Shown here: positions 63,341 to 64,000 of the stretch, in pieces | Layout of the letters: the number at the start of each line of letters is the position of its first letter | Numbering within the stretch: position 1 is the stretch's first letter | Assembly: GCA_001949185.1 (NCBI GenBank) | Contig: BDGG01000001.1 | Location: 1,298,263-1,362,262, forward strand | DNA length: 64,000 nucleotides | Origin: Ramazzottius varieornatus | Lineage: Eukaryota; Animalia; Tardigrada | Reading direction: 5' to 3' | Position numbers and translations under genes: made by a program | The notes under the pieces: generated by a model | Told to the model about the DNA's origin: nothing | Database searches by the model: none | The model's input: only the letters and a program-made list of their open reading frames with translations

Positions 63341-64000
63341 GGAAGGACAGCATTGAATCCCCGCGATCAACTCTCAACACTCGATCGCTTAATTGGCATA
63401 TTAGGAGGGGGGAAGGGGGGGTCAAAGTTAAATTCCACCGACGGTGAGCTTTCGCCCGACGTTTTATACCGATCCGCCCCTCCTTTCCAATGAGCCAGTC
63501 AAAAGTCCTCCTTAACTCGGTGGGCTTAACCATCTTTGAGAGGGGTAGCAGTCGCTCCGGTTATTGCCTCAAAATTTTACGGCACTCTTGATATTTCCTG
63601 CTGACGTACAGTAGCCTTTGATCAATATCTGGTCCGTTTTTCTATTTTGTATAAAAAAGCCTCAGGTCAGTGAACGTGTAACCGCTCTGCGGAGATTCGA
63701 AGAAGACATCTTACTTTTACGCCAAAGAGCGGAACACTCGTCGTCCTCCAATATGACAAAAGCAGCGATTCAGACCCATCTGAAACTCAAGACGGAAAAC
63801 CCGAGCATAAGGAGCTGAAGCAACTTATGATTTCGGGACAGCTAATTACCGAAGGAAAGCACAGAGAAAATTCCTAAAAGAACTGGTGCTTCACGAATTC
63901 GGCTTTGTAACTCCACGGCACGAATAAAGAAAAGTTTGTTTATATGCACTGGAAAGCGAAATTGAAGTTCGAGTGCTAACTTCCTGTATTTGCAAGACAT

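Overview
This is eukaryotic, gene-dense DNA with many short (about 50-110 nt) GT-AG introns. The gene repertoire and compactness suggest a tardigrade such as Ramazzottius, but that is an inference. I assembled gene models by hand from ORF fragments and splice signals. In order, the window holds: the 3' end of a fasciclin (FAS1) gene; a degenerate ANF-receptor-like gene; two tandem NADPH-dependent FMN reductases; a divergent Cys-loop channel; a two-domain Ly6/three-finger protein; a secreted Gly/Ser/Tyr-rich protein with a prion-protein-like central segment; a chitin-binding cuticle protein; two Pro-rich secreted paralogs; a Barx homeobox gene; a full-length but frameshifted Tc5-like transposon; two decayed GPCRs; mex-3; two paralogous Cys-rich secreted proteins with acidic tails; a bulb-type lectin pseudogene; an MS4A-like protein; an intron-containing, bacterial-type GH144/'glycoamylase' hydrolase with a signal peptide and GPI-like tail; and a cyclase-less NPR-C-like receptor. 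Several MITE families are interspersed. The most notable items are the apparently domesticated bacterial-type beta-1,2-glucanase-like gene and the PrP-like protein. No database searches were possible, so family calls rest on motifs I recognise.
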